Assembly: GCF_009914755.1 (NCBI RefSeq)
Contig: NC_060937.1
Length of the DNA stretch: 64,000 bases
Strand: one strand, 5' to 3'
Source of the DNA: the human T2T-CHM13v2.0 reference genome, Homo sapiens
Shown here: piece after piece, positions 52,605 to 64,000 of the stretch
How the letters are laid out: the number at the start of each line of letters is the position of its first letter
How positions within the stretch are numbered: the stretch's first letter is position 1
Notes under the pieces: model-generated
What the model was told of the DNA's origin: nothing
Database searches by the model: none
What the model saw: only the letters and a program-made list of their open reading frames with translations
Made by a program: the position numbers and the translations under genes

Positions 52605-52933
52605 GTTTTATTTTTAATTTTAATTTTATTTTATTTTTATTTTGAGAGGAGTCTCGTTCTGTCACCCGGGCTGGAGTGTAGTGGCGCCATCCTAGCTCAC
52701 TGCAACCTTTGCCTTCTAGGTTCAAGCAATTCTCCTGCCTCAGCCTCCTGAGTAGCTGGGATTACAGGCGACCACCACCATGCCTAGCTAATTTTTTTTT
52801 TTGTATTTTTAGCAGAGACAGGGTTTCACCATATTGGCCAGGCTGGTCTCGAACTCCTGATCTCAAGCAATCTGCCTGCCTTGGCCTCCCAAAGTGCTGG
52901 CATTATGGGCGTGAGCCACTGTGCGCCCCGACC
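52605..52933 (-). mobile_element. AluS
   Basis: TSD taaccttgtttta. Confidence 0.95.
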
Positions 52934-53112
52934 TAACCTTGTTTTAGAGGTCAGGGGACAATAGAGAATATGAAACAGATAATAATGAGAGTTATCAGAT
53001 GTGTTTACTTAGAGGCAGAAGATGTCACTTTACCCTAGAGTACTTACAGAAGGCTCTAGGGAGGAGGTTGAATTTGACCTAGATTTTAAAGATGATTTAG
53101 GGTTTATAATGT

Positions 53113-53428
53113 AGGTGTTGGCAATCTACTGCCCAGTACATTATCTGTTTTAATATGGCCTGTGAGCTAAGAATGGCCTTTAAATCATGGAGAAATTGTT
53201 TTAAGAGAATAATATTTTGTGACACATAAAAATTACATGAAATTCAAGTTTAGTGCCAATAAATAAAGTTTTATTGAAACACAGTCGCACCCATCCTTTT
53301 AGTATTGTCTGGGGTCAGATACATTTGAGATAAAATAGAGGAGAGCACTTGTAGCAGAGACCCTATGACCTGCAAAGGCTAAAGTGCTTACCATTTGGTC
53401 CTTTACAGAAAGCTTGCTGAACCCTGGA
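53113..53428 (+). mobile_element. MER58B (hAT-Charlie)
   Basis: tgagctaagaatgg...aataaagttttattgaaacacag...tggtcctttacagaaa. Confidence 0.8.
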
Positions 53429-53871
53429 GAAGAGGATGCAGAGACATTCCAGGTGTGTAGAAAGCCAAGATTAAGAATGGCTCCATTGAAGGAAACAGAA
53501 AATGGTCACAAACAGAGAAGGAGTGTGTGGGACTTTCCTGGCAGCCATGGAGGGGAGAGAGAGTGTCTCAAGAGGTAAAGGGTGTCCGTAGTGCCAAGTG
53601 GTACCAAGAGAGAGCGCAGAAGTGCAACTGAGGAGAGAATCTGAGCTTTCGCCTTCAGCCATCACTCCTGAGTTTTGAATCCTGTGGCAGAAGGGGAGTG
53701 AGAGATGGGGAAGCAGAGGCAGCGTTTAAGAAATTGGGTGCAATCAGAAAGGTTTTAGTAGGGAAACACCCATGTTGTTTAAGTACAGTATGAAATGGAA
53801 TAGACCTATGTATATTCATATGCAGAGGGAGAGTAAAGCAATTAGGGAGGTTTTGGAGAGGTTATGTAGAG

Positions 53872-54170
53872 GGTCGGGCACGGTGGCTTACACCTGTAAA
53901 CCTAGCACTTTGGGAAGCTTAGATGGGAGGATCATTTGAGCCCAGGAGTTCAAGACCAGCCTGGACAACATAGGGGGATTCCTTCTCTACCAAAAATAAT
54001 AATAAAAAAAAATATTAGCCGGGTGTTGTGGTACATGCCTGTGGTCTCAGCTGCTTGCGGGGCTGAGATGGGAGGATAGCCTGAACCCAGGAGGTCGAGG
54101 CTTCAGTGAGCTGTGATCACACCACTGCTCTCCAGCCTGCATGACAAAGTGAGACCCTGTCTCCAAAAAA
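53872..54170 (+). mobile_element. AluJ
   Basis: J-type ggaggatcatttgagcccagg; its 3' TSD copy lies 760 bp downstream. Confidence 0.9.
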
Positions 54171-54930
54171 TATATATATATGTGTATATATATGTGTGTG
54201 TATATATATGTGTGTATATACACACGTGTATATACACACGTGTATATACACACGTGTATATATGTGTGTATATACACACGTGTATATATGTGTATATATG
54301 TGTATATATGTATATATGTGTATATATGTATATATACATGTGTACATATACATGTGTACATATACGTGTGTATACATGTGTACATATACGTGTGTATACA
54401 TGTGTACATATAAGTGTGTATACATGTGTATATATACGTGTGTATACATGTGTGTATATATACGTGTGTATACATGTGTACATATACGTGTGTATACAGT
54501 GTATATATACGTGTGTATACATGTGTATATATACGTGTGTATACATGTGTGTATATATACGTGTGTATACATGTGTGTATATATACGTGTGTATACATGT
54601 GTATATACACGTGTGTATACATGTGTATATATACGTGTGTATACACGTGTGTATGCATGTGTGTATATACACGTGTGTATACATGTGTGTATATACATGT
54701 GTATACGTGTGTATATACATGTGTATACGTGTGTATATACATGTGTATACGTGTGTATATACATGTGTATACGTGTATATACATGTGTATGTGTGTGTAT
54801 ATACGTGTATGTGTGTGTATACACGTGTATGTGTGTGTATACATGTGTATGTGTGTGTATACATGTGTATATGTGTGTATACATGTGTGTGTATATATGT
54901 GTATATATATGTGTGTGTATATATATATGT
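54170..54930. repeat. ~760-bp alternating purine-pyrimidine micro/minisatellite (TA/TG/CA/CG, ~16-22-bp higher-order units)
   Basis: Seen directly; units such as gtgtgtatacatgtgtatatatac. Confidence 0.95.
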
Positions 54931-55164
54931 AGGCTATGTAGATATGTAGAGAAATGCTATTTAAAACAGTGAGGTTGGAGAAACATTGAAACAGCATTAT
55001 TTTAGCAAGACTTCTCTCAACTGATTAGTTCTTGGCCTTGGAAAAGTTGCTTAACATCTTGGCTTGCTTTGCTTATCTATGAAGAGTGGATAATAATACA
55101 CTCATCAGAGGATCATCGTGAGAAATAGTGAGATGATTCTGTTTGGACAATGTCAAGAACATGA

Positions 55165-55514
<350 letters not shown>

Positions 55515-55520
55515 TAATGC

Positions 55521-55921
55521 TGTGATGTTTAAGTTTTTATATCAACATGGGTAGGCCATGGTACCCAGATTTGTGTCAAACAGGAGTCTGGATGTTGCTG
55601 TGAAGATTTTTTTAAAGATGTGATTAACATTTAAATGAGTGGACTTTAAGTAAGGCAGATTTCTCTCCGTGAGGTTGGGGGGCCTCATCCAATCAGTTGA
55701 AGACCTTAAGAGAAAAGACTGAGGTTCCCCTGGGGGAGAAGGGATTCTGCCTCTGGACAGCCTTTGGACTTAAACTACAACATCAGCTTTTCTCTGGGTC
55801 TCCAGCCTGCTGGGCTCCCCTCTAAATTTTCAGACTTGCCAGCCCTCAGAATTGTGTGAGCTAATTCCTTAAAATAAATCTCTCTCTCTCTCTCTCTCTC
55901 TCTCCTTCCATCCTATGTATT

Positions 55922-55954
<33 letters not shown>

Positions 55955-55973
55955 GAGAACAGTGACTAATTCA
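55521..55973 (+). mobile_element. MLT2 (B/C/D-type) ERVL solo LTR
   Basis: tgtgatg start, gggcctcatccaatcagttgaag, (CT)n, ggagaac..tgactaat end. Confidence 0.85.
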
Positions 55974-56044
55974 AATAACTTCTGAGTTAGACAGTAATCA
56001 CTAACAATGAAAGTGTTACTATATTAAGGGACAATTGCTTTATA

Positions 56045-56175
56045 CCCCAGAGACGGCACATACAATGCATTGATGTCACCGTGCTCACCATGTCCCATTT
56101 CTGAGCCTGTGGCAGACATTGTCAATTGATCACAGTATTCTGTATTGCTAAAACTAGATGTGACCTCAGAATTTT
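56045..56175 (+). mobile_element. MER102-like hAT fragment
   Basis: gcctgtggcagacattgtcaattgatcacag resembles MER102 as I recall it. Confidence 0.35.
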
Positions 56176-56719
56176 TTAAATACAGGGTTCTAGAAATGAC
56201 TAACAAGTGATTAGAGTTGGCACTTAACTTGAAATAGATTTAATTCCGACCTAATCCATATTTAGGTATCTACAGCACTTTGCATAAAATTCTTCCTGGA
56301 ACTTTGCAATTGTGATTAATAGATCTGAACTTGCAATTTAGAAGTTAAAATTTCAATTTCTTATGTACAAGTCTAGAAGCCACTAAAGTCCTTCATCTTA
56401 TGTAGTAAGGACCATGTCATATTTGCCTTTTAGATAAGTTTTAAAAAATATATATCTTTTAAAGGTATCAGTGACTTTGAAATTCCAAAATAAAGTTAGA
56501 ATAAAAAAACCCTGAAATTATACTTTTTTATTTCCTCCAAAACTAAGGGAACGTTCATATATAATTTATAAAGACTTCATTTTAATCCTTGGTTAAAGTG
56601 TTTGATCAAATATTCTTCTCACTTGAATATGTGTAACATTTATTGAAATCAAATAAGTGCACATAGCAGAGGGTTAAATTTTACATTCTCTTTTTTTTGT
56701 TTTATTTTTTACTTTAACT

Positions 56720-57008
56720 TTTTTAGCATTTCAAATGTTTTTATTATGAAAAATTTAAATATATACAAAATATGAGAAATTATATAATTCATCCCCAGAT
56801 ATGCATCACCCAGCTTCCATAATTATAAACTCTGTCCAATTATTTTATCTATACTACCATGCTGTTTTTCTTCCTTTCTCCTGGATTAGTTTGAAGAAAA
56901 CACCAGACATTATATCACTTATAAGTATTTTGAATATATCTCTAAAAGATAACTTATTTAAAAATATAATCCCAATTATGACACACAGAGTACTAACAAA
57001 AATTCCGT
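56720..57008 (-). mobile_element. L1ME-type 3' UTR fragment
   Basis: ttttattatgaaaaatttaaatatatacaaaa...catcacccagcttc. Confidence 0.6.
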
Positions 57009-57010
57009 AA

Positions 57011-57056
57011 TTTTTTTTTTATTATACTTTAAGTTTTAGGGTACATGTGCACAATG
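57011..57056 (-). mobile_element. Ultra-short young L1PA 3' terminus
   Basis: T10 + attatactttaagttttagggtacatgtgcacaatg. Confidence 0.85.
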
Positions 57057-58224
57057 AATTTTACATTCTCTAAAGCTCTTGATAAGAGATTTACTCACAA
57101 AGCAAGTAGGAATTCCTTGGCTTTTCAAATTTTGGGGGGTCTGTTATGGAAAATTTTTGTACTGTGTATGAAGAAAATATATGCTACCTTGGAGTGTGGT
57201 GGTAATATCATGTTTCTATGCTATCATTTTTTTCCAAGTATTTAAGTATTTTAAGATGTTATCTCTTTAGTTTTCATAGCATGCTAGGAAGGAGGAAGGA
57301 CATGTTGTTCTCACCTAGCAGTAAAATTAGGTAAGCAGTTACTCAGTCTCTTGCATAAGCCACTGATCGAGCTGGGGATGTGATACCAAACAGTCTTCTG
57401 CTCAGTCGTCCATTGTGACCCTGCAGCATCTCCCATCAACCCATTCATCCCATTTTCTTTTTCTTAGTTAATAACTACACAGTTGATTCTTGCTTATCTG
57501 CTCTGAGGGAAAGGGGAAGAACAGGGCATAATCTCAAATGGTAGATGATACAAAAATAATTTGGATTTGGCGTGGGATATGTTTTTGTACTTGCACTGGA
57601 ACCTGGGTGTGTCTGGTGTTCCAGAAATTTATAGCATTCCAAATCAACTGAAGAAACTGTGCAAGGAGAACCCATGGTGGGGGTCTTCGCAAATGCACCT
57701 CGTTTGTCTCCATTGTTTCCTAGCCCATCTCCTGCCTTCCTCAAGCTCTTCCCTGCTGAGATCAGGCAGCGCGATCTCTCATGTCAATGTGTCGAAACAG
57801 CCTAAGGAAAGCTGTTTTTTCTTTCTCTCTAAATCCTATTATGAGGCATTCATCTTCTCCTTCTCCTGGGAATGAGAGAAACCGGTATCTTGCATTAGAA
57901 ATTGTTAATCATTTCTTAAAGTTTGTTTTTTTAAATGCAAAGGTACTGATACGATAATGTACTAAGAAAAGTTAAAACAAGATTTTTTTTGAATATGTAA
58001 TAATAGGAACAATGTAAGAAAGACACTGCAAGTCTTTGATATTGTGTGGGTATCAGATAATGACAAGTGAATGAGAAACTTCATAAGAAAGTGAAAGTAT
58101 CTCTTTACATTTTGTGGTGAATGGGAAGAAGTTCTAGAGTTCTTTTGCAGCATTTGCTTGTTTATCCAAAGAAACAAACACTAGTATTACCAAGGTTCTG
58201 ATTTTGTGTATCCTCACTTTCATC

Positions 58225-58735
58225 CTGAATTGTTAAGACTCTTGGTTGTGGTGATAGAAGCCCACCTTAGCTTAAACAACAAAAGGAAATGCACTGACAA
58301 ATGGAACCAGATTAAAATGTCTCACTGGCTTTAGTGACAACTGGAACTGAGAACCTGAATGATGTCTGGCCTCTCTATTTGTCTGTCTCGTCTCTGCCTC
58401 CTTCTGAAGCCAGCTCCATTCTCTTCCATGGCAGCCTGACTCTCTCCCTCGTGGAGGAGGTGAGGGAGAGGATGACATGTCTGGCAGGCAGCCCTTGATT
58501 TAGTGACTCGAGAAATAAGAGATTCTTCTTCTTTTGGCAGCCCGGCAGAGACATTTTGGGAAGATTCCCAGTAGTTCTTTTTGGTTCATGCGTCCACCCC
58601 TGAACCAATTGCTGTGTCCAGGAAGAGATGAGACTCCAAGATGAGTCCCATAAAACCCTGTTGTGAAGTTGGTGGTGCCTGTTCACAGAAGGAAAAGCGG
58701 AGAAAGAGTGGCAGATGGGCAAAACTAATAGCTAT
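58225..58735 (-). mobile_element. Old MLT1 (I/J-type) LTR
   Basis: gttaagactcttggttg...agcttaaacaacaaaaggaaat; ccctgaaccaattgctgtg. Confidence 0.55.
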
Positions 58736-58847
58736 TATGCCTCCATTCATGTTGATTTTCAAATATAGGATTCATCTTACAATAAGCTTATTACTTTTTT
58801 CAGAAAAAAGCAAAAATCTGCAACACCAAAAAATATCTAGTATTCAC

Positions 58848-58880
58848 GACACAGCGAGACTCCGTCTCAAAAAAAAAAAA
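58848..58880 (+). mobile_element. Severely 5'-truncated young Alu (21 bp + A12)
   Basis: gacacagcgagactccgtctc + A tail; perfect 13-bp TSD atctagtattcac. Confidence 0.88.
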
Positions 58881-59310
58881 ATCTAGTATTCACAGAATAA
58901 TCTTAACGTTCTTGTTCAGAATTCTTGGAGGCCATCTCATTGCTGTCCCTGGTAAGATTTTGGAATCTTTAAAGGGCTAATTTACTGGGTTCACCAGGTC
59001 ACAAAGTACCCAGGCATCAGTTACATAACTTGTATGACAGGGAACAGTCTTGACTTGGGTATTTCCAAATAAGCCAAGTTTTACACACAAAATGAAGTAT
59101 ATTTAGTGGATTGATGATTGAATAGGGAAGTACTACTGAGAAATCATCACCTAGGGGAACCTCATCTTTTCAATGTGTGGGATAAAGATTCCCAGAGGGT
59201 ATAGGATTGATATTGTTGATGAAAGGATGAGAGAGAGGAAGGCTGCGAGTTACAACAAAATTCCAGGGAAGTTAGAACAACTTTAAAAAGACTTAAAAAT
59301 AGAAGAAATG

Positions 59311-59453
59311 AGCTTCATGCAGTGACAGTATTGTAGCCAATGAGGTTTATCCAGGAGTAATTATTGCTAATTGAAAACTTTTCCCAATACCTGGCCGTGA
59401 CAACTTGCAATATAGTTGGCATTGGCAATTTTTGACAGTCTCTATGGAGACTG
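59311..59453 (+). pseudogene. Full-length U4 snRNA retropseudogene (RNU4-family pseudogene)
   Basis: 143 nt, about 90% identical to U4 as recalled (gtagccaatgaggtttatcc, attattgctaattgaaaacttttcccaatacc, Sm site aatttttga, 3' stem cagtctc..gagactg); CpG decay; degenerate TSD aaaaa(t/c)aga(ag/gc)aaatga; no recognisable PSE upstream. Confidence 0.93.
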
Positions 59454-59711
59454 AATATTTCAGTATTAAAAAAAACAGAGCAAATGAAAGTGCCCTCTAT
59501 TGGCAGGTTTAACTGCTTTATACTCTCTTCCACTATTCTGTTGGATGAGGACCCATGAAGATTAAAGAAAATAAAGAAGCTACATTTTATTTGCACATGT
59601 GAGTAGCTTAAGTTGCAATGTTGCTGATATCAGATTGACATTATTGAGAAATATAATTCTGGCTATGGTTTTGAAAATGGGTAGGGGAACAGTGGGATAA
59701 GGCAGGGAGAT

Positions 59712-60585
59712 TTTTTTCCCCTTTATTGATATATAATAATGTACATATCTATGGGATACATATGAGTGTTTGTTACATGCATAGACTATGTAATGATTAA
59801 GTAAGGGTATTTGGAGTATCTGTCATCACCTGAGAGTTTTCAGGGTATTTGGGGTATCTATCACCTGAGTGTTTATCATTTTTGTGTTGGTATCATTTTG
59901 AGTCCTCTCTTCTGGTTACTTTGACATATACATAATATTGTTGCTAAGTATAGTTACCCTAGGTTGCTATCAAACATTAGAACTTAGTTTTCTATCTAAC
60001 CCTATGTGTGTACCCATAACCAACCTTTCTTCATCCCTGCCTCCTTCTCACTCTCCGGTGTCTATCATTTTATTCTCTATGTTCATGGGATCAAGTTTTT
60101 AGCTCTTATATATAAGTGAGAGCATGTAGTGTTTGTCCTTCCACCCTGGCTTATGTTACTTAACATGATGGCCTCTAGTTCCATCCATGTTGCTGTAGAT
60201 GACATGTTGTCATTCTTTTTTGTGGTCAAATAGTATTCCATAGCGTATATGTACCATATTTTCTTTATCCACTCATCCATTGATGGACATGTAGGTTGAT
60301 TCCATATCTTTTCTATCATGAATAGTGCTGTGATAAACATGTAACATGTGTGTTTAGGTATCCCTTTGATAAACTGATTTCCTTTCCTTTGAGTAGATAC
60401 CCAGTAGTGGAAACGTTGGATTTTACGGTAGTTATATTTTTAGTTTTTTGAGAAATTCCCATACTGTTTTCCACAGTGATTGTATTAACTTACATTCTGA
60501 TCAACAGTGTGTAAGAGCTCCCTTTTCTCAGTATCCTCACCATCATCTGTTTTTTTTTGTTGTTGTTGTCTTTTTAATAATAGTG
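59712..60585 (-). mobile_element. L1MA (1-4-type) 3' end inserted in a minus-strand L2
   Basis: ORF 60083..60340(-) MFITALF...KKIWYIYAMEYY; TSD ggcagggagat (59701-59711 / 60589-60599). Confidence 0.9.
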
Positions 60586-60965
60586 AATGGCAGGGAGATG
60601 TCTTAGGAGTCCTGTGATAATTCACACAAGAACTGACAGTGGCCTTGATGAGGGAAATAGCAAAAAGTTGGAAAGAAGTGGGTGGACTTGAGAAATAATA
60701 GAGAAATATTATAACCTGGTGATATATTAGAGATGGGGCTGTGGGAAGGGAAGAGTGACGAGGCAACATCTTCCATTTTAGTTTCTGGTTTGGGCAACTG
60801 GAAGAATAAAGATACCACTTACTGAGATAGAGAACCGAGAGGAAGAATAGGTTTGGATGAACGGAGATTCTGAGCTCAGTTTTGGACATATTGATTGGAG
60901 TTTATAGTTACGTTTATGAATACATCTAAGAGCTGTCTCAAATTAGTCAATACACAGATCCAATT
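60586..60965 (-). mobile_element. L2 relic (continues from about 59580-59711)
   Basis: gtttctggtttgggcaactgga, gagctcagttttggacatatt. Confidence 0.7.
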
Positions 60966-60975
60966 GATTCTTTCC

Positions 60976-61305
60976 TTGTTTTTTTATTTTTTAGTATCTT
61001 TTATTTTTTTAGAGACAGGGTCTTGCTCTGTTGCCCAGGCTAGGGTACAGTGGTGCCATCACAGTTCACTGCAGCCTTGAACTCCTGGGCTCAAGTGATC
61101 CTCTTGCCTCAGACTCCTGAGTAGCTAGGACTATAGGCACATGCCACCATGCCTTGCTAATTTTTAATTTTTTTTAAATTTTTTGTAGAGACGGGATCTC
61201 ACTGTGTTGCCCAGGCTGGTCTCAAACTCCTGGCTTCAAGAAATCCTCCCGTCTTGTCCTTCTGAAGAATTGGAATTATTATAGGCAGGAGCCACCATGC
61301 CTGGC
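60976..61305 (-). mobile_element. AluJ (Jo-like)
   Basis: Diverged antisense dimer. Confidence 0.9.
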
Positions 61306-61377
61306 TTCTTTTCTTGTTTTTTCTTTTTTTCCATTTTTTTCTTTTCTATTTTTTTCTACTACCACCAACCATAATTG

Positions 61378-61760
61378 TGTTAAAAGATACATTTAGTCAT
61401 ATTAAAATTTTAATGAATTTAAGCATTCAGCAATTCATGAATTGAGCATCATCAGACCTCAAGTGGTTCAGCACTCCATGAGGTGTGGGAAGTGTGTGAG
61501 AGAGGAAACATCAAGTATTCTTGGAAGCAAGACAGAGAAAACATTTGATTAGCCAATGTGAAAAGTCCCTAGTTAGAGGTCAGTTGGTGGTTTCTGATTG
61601 GTCAGATTTCTAGCTAAAGGTTATTTGGTGGTTTCTAATTGGTTAAGCTTAGATTTTGTTTTATTGTTTACATCGAATTGGGATTTGGTTTGCTTATGTC
61701 GGAACCCAAGGCACTGGAGCCATCTTAGCCCAATGGCCTCCTAGTTAAGTATTTTTAATG
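61378..61760 (-). mobile_element. ERV1 solo LTR (MER51/57/67-group)
   Basis: tgttaaaa start, aattcatgaattg, duplicated ttggtggtttct(g/a)attggt CCAAT motif. Confidence 0.55.
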
Positions 61761-61769
61761 ATTTAAATT

Positions 61770-62400
61770 CCCATCACCTCACATCTGGAAAGTCAAATAC
61801 CCTTCTATCCTACACTTCTATAATATTCCTCTGTACAGAGTTGCAGTAGGAATGTGCCCAAAAGTTGGTTTTGCTGGGTCATCTTCCATCTCACAACATT
61901 TGAATGGTTTTCTATTGCCTGCATAATACTTCTAAGACTGCCTGCAAAGTTGCTCCTAACTACTCCAACCTTATCCCACTCTCCCTAATGGTGAGTTTAT
62001 CTCAGTTTGGCCAAACTAGAACTTCAAATACAATCTACCCCTTCCTGTCTCTGCATCTGTGCTCATGTCACTGCCTGGGCTTGCTTATCCTCTCTACCCA
62101 TCTGACCCTTTAAACTCATCCCCCCAAGGCCGAGATCTTCTCTGGAGGCCATCATTTCCCTCCACTGTAGCTCAACCTGAGCCCTTCCTTATCTGAGTCT
62201 GTGAGTTCCTGTCTGTGCCCCTCCCATGCCATGAACATTTATTCTCATATTGCACTGTTTTGCAATGCCCCACTGATTTGATCTCTCTATACAAGGATGA
62301 GGACAAAGGTCAGGTATCATGCTACTTTCATATTCTCCAGAGCACCTAGCATAGTTCTGTGTACAAGATAGGCACTCAATAACTATTTGTCGACTTGAAA
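61770..62400 (+). mobile_element. L2 3' relic
   Basis: ccagagcacctagcatagttctg...ggcactcaataactatttgt end. Confidence 0.65.
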
Positions 62401-63537
62401 TAATAAGGTACGTTTTTCTCTTTCCCGCTGGTCTTATCTCTGCTTGAGTAAATGAGGTTGATATGTGAAGGCAGTTGAGATTAAACATGTAAAGTGGAAG
62501 AATAAACAAGAGACAGAGGAGATTTTAATAAAATTTTATGATATAAAAATCATAATTACCTGCTAAATCTATTTTTTAAAGCTTTTAAAGTATTCAGATT
62601 GCTCCTCTCAACCTGGTGGCGTTTTGGTGTGTTTGACTAAAAAGCACACAGGTGCTAAAAAGCAGAATTATTATTTTAAAAATATTTGGCAACAAAAATA
62701 AACTTGTTTTAATTCAAAAGTTCTTGTGATTTTTGTTTCCTCAAATGACTTCATAGAAAACTCCTCATGAAATTTTAGTGTATATCATCTATTTTGACTC
62801 CAAATTGACTTTGGTTAGAAAAACCTCATTTCTTTTAAAAAATCAATGATAAATAAATAAAATATGTAGATCAAGTTTGTTGGCATAATAACAGATTTAG
62901 TTATAAATTGAAGACTTCAATAAAATAAGCTTAGAGTTAGAAATTACCAAGACATGCTCTAAGAAAAAAATAATAAAAAGAACAAAAGCACTCAAACTGT
63001 GATTCACTATGAACATTTTCCCTGTAACCAGCTCTGCTACTTTCATTACAGAATTAGAGAAGTAAACTTAAAGCATAGTTAAGTCAACAGAAACTGTTCT
63101 AGGTAAATGAATTCAACCTTCATGGTCACTGACACACAATATAATCTTGTTTCTTTCAGAATTTTATTCTTTAAGTAACTAGGTGACTCACAAGCTCAGA
63201 AAGTATTTTCTGGTACAAGTAAGTCTGAGCTTAGCATAAAATATTCTGAATATTTCTGCTTTTCAGATGAGTATTTAAAAAATAATAGTTCCTTTCTGGA
63301 AGGTGTAATTGGCTTTTGGTTTGCATGCCTACAAATGATTGTCCTTTTGTAGAATACATTTTAGGATAAGCTAGAATACAGCTTTTCCTTTCTCCATCAA
63401 AATCCTACCAATAATTTAGGGTTTAGCTCAAATATTACCTCTTTTATACAACTTTGCTTTATTTTTAGGCAGAATTAACCAAATTAGAATCAAATTAATC
63501 ACCCACTACACCTTTTTTTAGGGGAAGGGATGTATCT

Positions 63538-63835
63538 TTTTTTTTTTTTTTGAGATGGAGTCTTGCTCTTGTTGCCTAGGCTGGAATGCAATGGCATGAG
63601 CTTGGCTCACTTGCAACCTCTGCCTCCCTGGTTCAAGCAATTCTCCTGCCTCAGCCTCCAGAGTAGCTGGGTCTACAGGTGCCCACACCACACCTGGCTA
63701 ATTTTTGTATTTTTAGTAGAGACAGGGTTTCACCGTGTTGGCCAGGCTGGTCTCGAACTCCTGACCTCGTGATCCGCCTGCCTTGTCCTCCCAAAGTGCT
63801 GGGAATTACAGGCGTGAGCCACCATGCTCAGCCTG
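63538..63835 (-). mobile_element. AluS (Sg/Sq-like)
   Basis: Full antisense dimer. Confidence 0.93.
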
Positions 63836-63954
63836 GAGATATCATTTTTAACATTTATTTCAGTTTCCCAAGTTCCATAGTTGATGTGTATATTTTGATT
63901 ACACCCCTAAGTTTGGGTTTACAAGCTCCTCATCTTGTTTTATTTTTTTCTAAT

Positions 63955-64000
63955 TTTCACTTTTGTTTCTTTATTTATTTTTGAAACAGGGTCTCACTCG
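63955..64000 (-). mobile_element. Alu 3' end, cut by the window edge
   Basis: T-rich tail then tgaaacagggtctcact. Confidence 0.75.

Noticed and set aside
54047-54997. Long ORFs (up to 316 aa) on both strands
   Set aside because: They translate the RY repeat, which cannot contain stop codons; low-complexity Y/T/H/I/C/V peptides
57795-57830. Hairpin aaacagc..gctgttt followed by a T-run
   Set aside because: Resembles a bacterial terminator but has no meaning in primate DNA; a 7-bp stem is expected by chance
59311-59453. Functional U4 gene
   Set aside because: No recognisable PSE, CpG decay, mutated U6-pairing 5' end, and a TSD plus A tract indicate a retrocopy
59804-59874. ~35-bp tandem duplication in L1MA
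   Set aside because: Diverged, ordinary slippage duplication in a dead repeat

Overview
Primate (human-like) non-coding DNA, intronic or intergenic and dominated by repeats. It contains about 60 Alu/FLAM/FRAM/FAM copies, L1 fragments of several ages (largest a 2.1-kb 5'-truncated L1PA15/16-type copy at 26508-28642), many L2/MIR relics, MaLR/ERVL/ERV1 solo LTRs, DNA-transposon fossils (Tigger3b, MER1B, MER20, MER58B) and microsatellites. I cannot support any protein-coding exon: the supplied ORFs are Alu, L1 or microsatellite translations or chance ORFs. The one recognisable RNA-gene sequence is a full-length, TSD-flanked U4 snRNA retropseudogene (59311-59453). I found no evidence for a new multi-component biological system. 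The best leads are small: the U4 copy with an odd 3' extension, a ~760-bp alternating purine/pyrimidine tract grown from an Alu tail, two ultra-short young retro-insertions, a candidate L1 3' transduction, recurrent hairpin template-switch mutations, and a few candidate + strand non-coding exons and enhancer motif clusters. Repeat subfamily names come from remembered consensus sequences. Boundaries are approximate: a few bp where TSDs are quoted, tens of bp for old elements.
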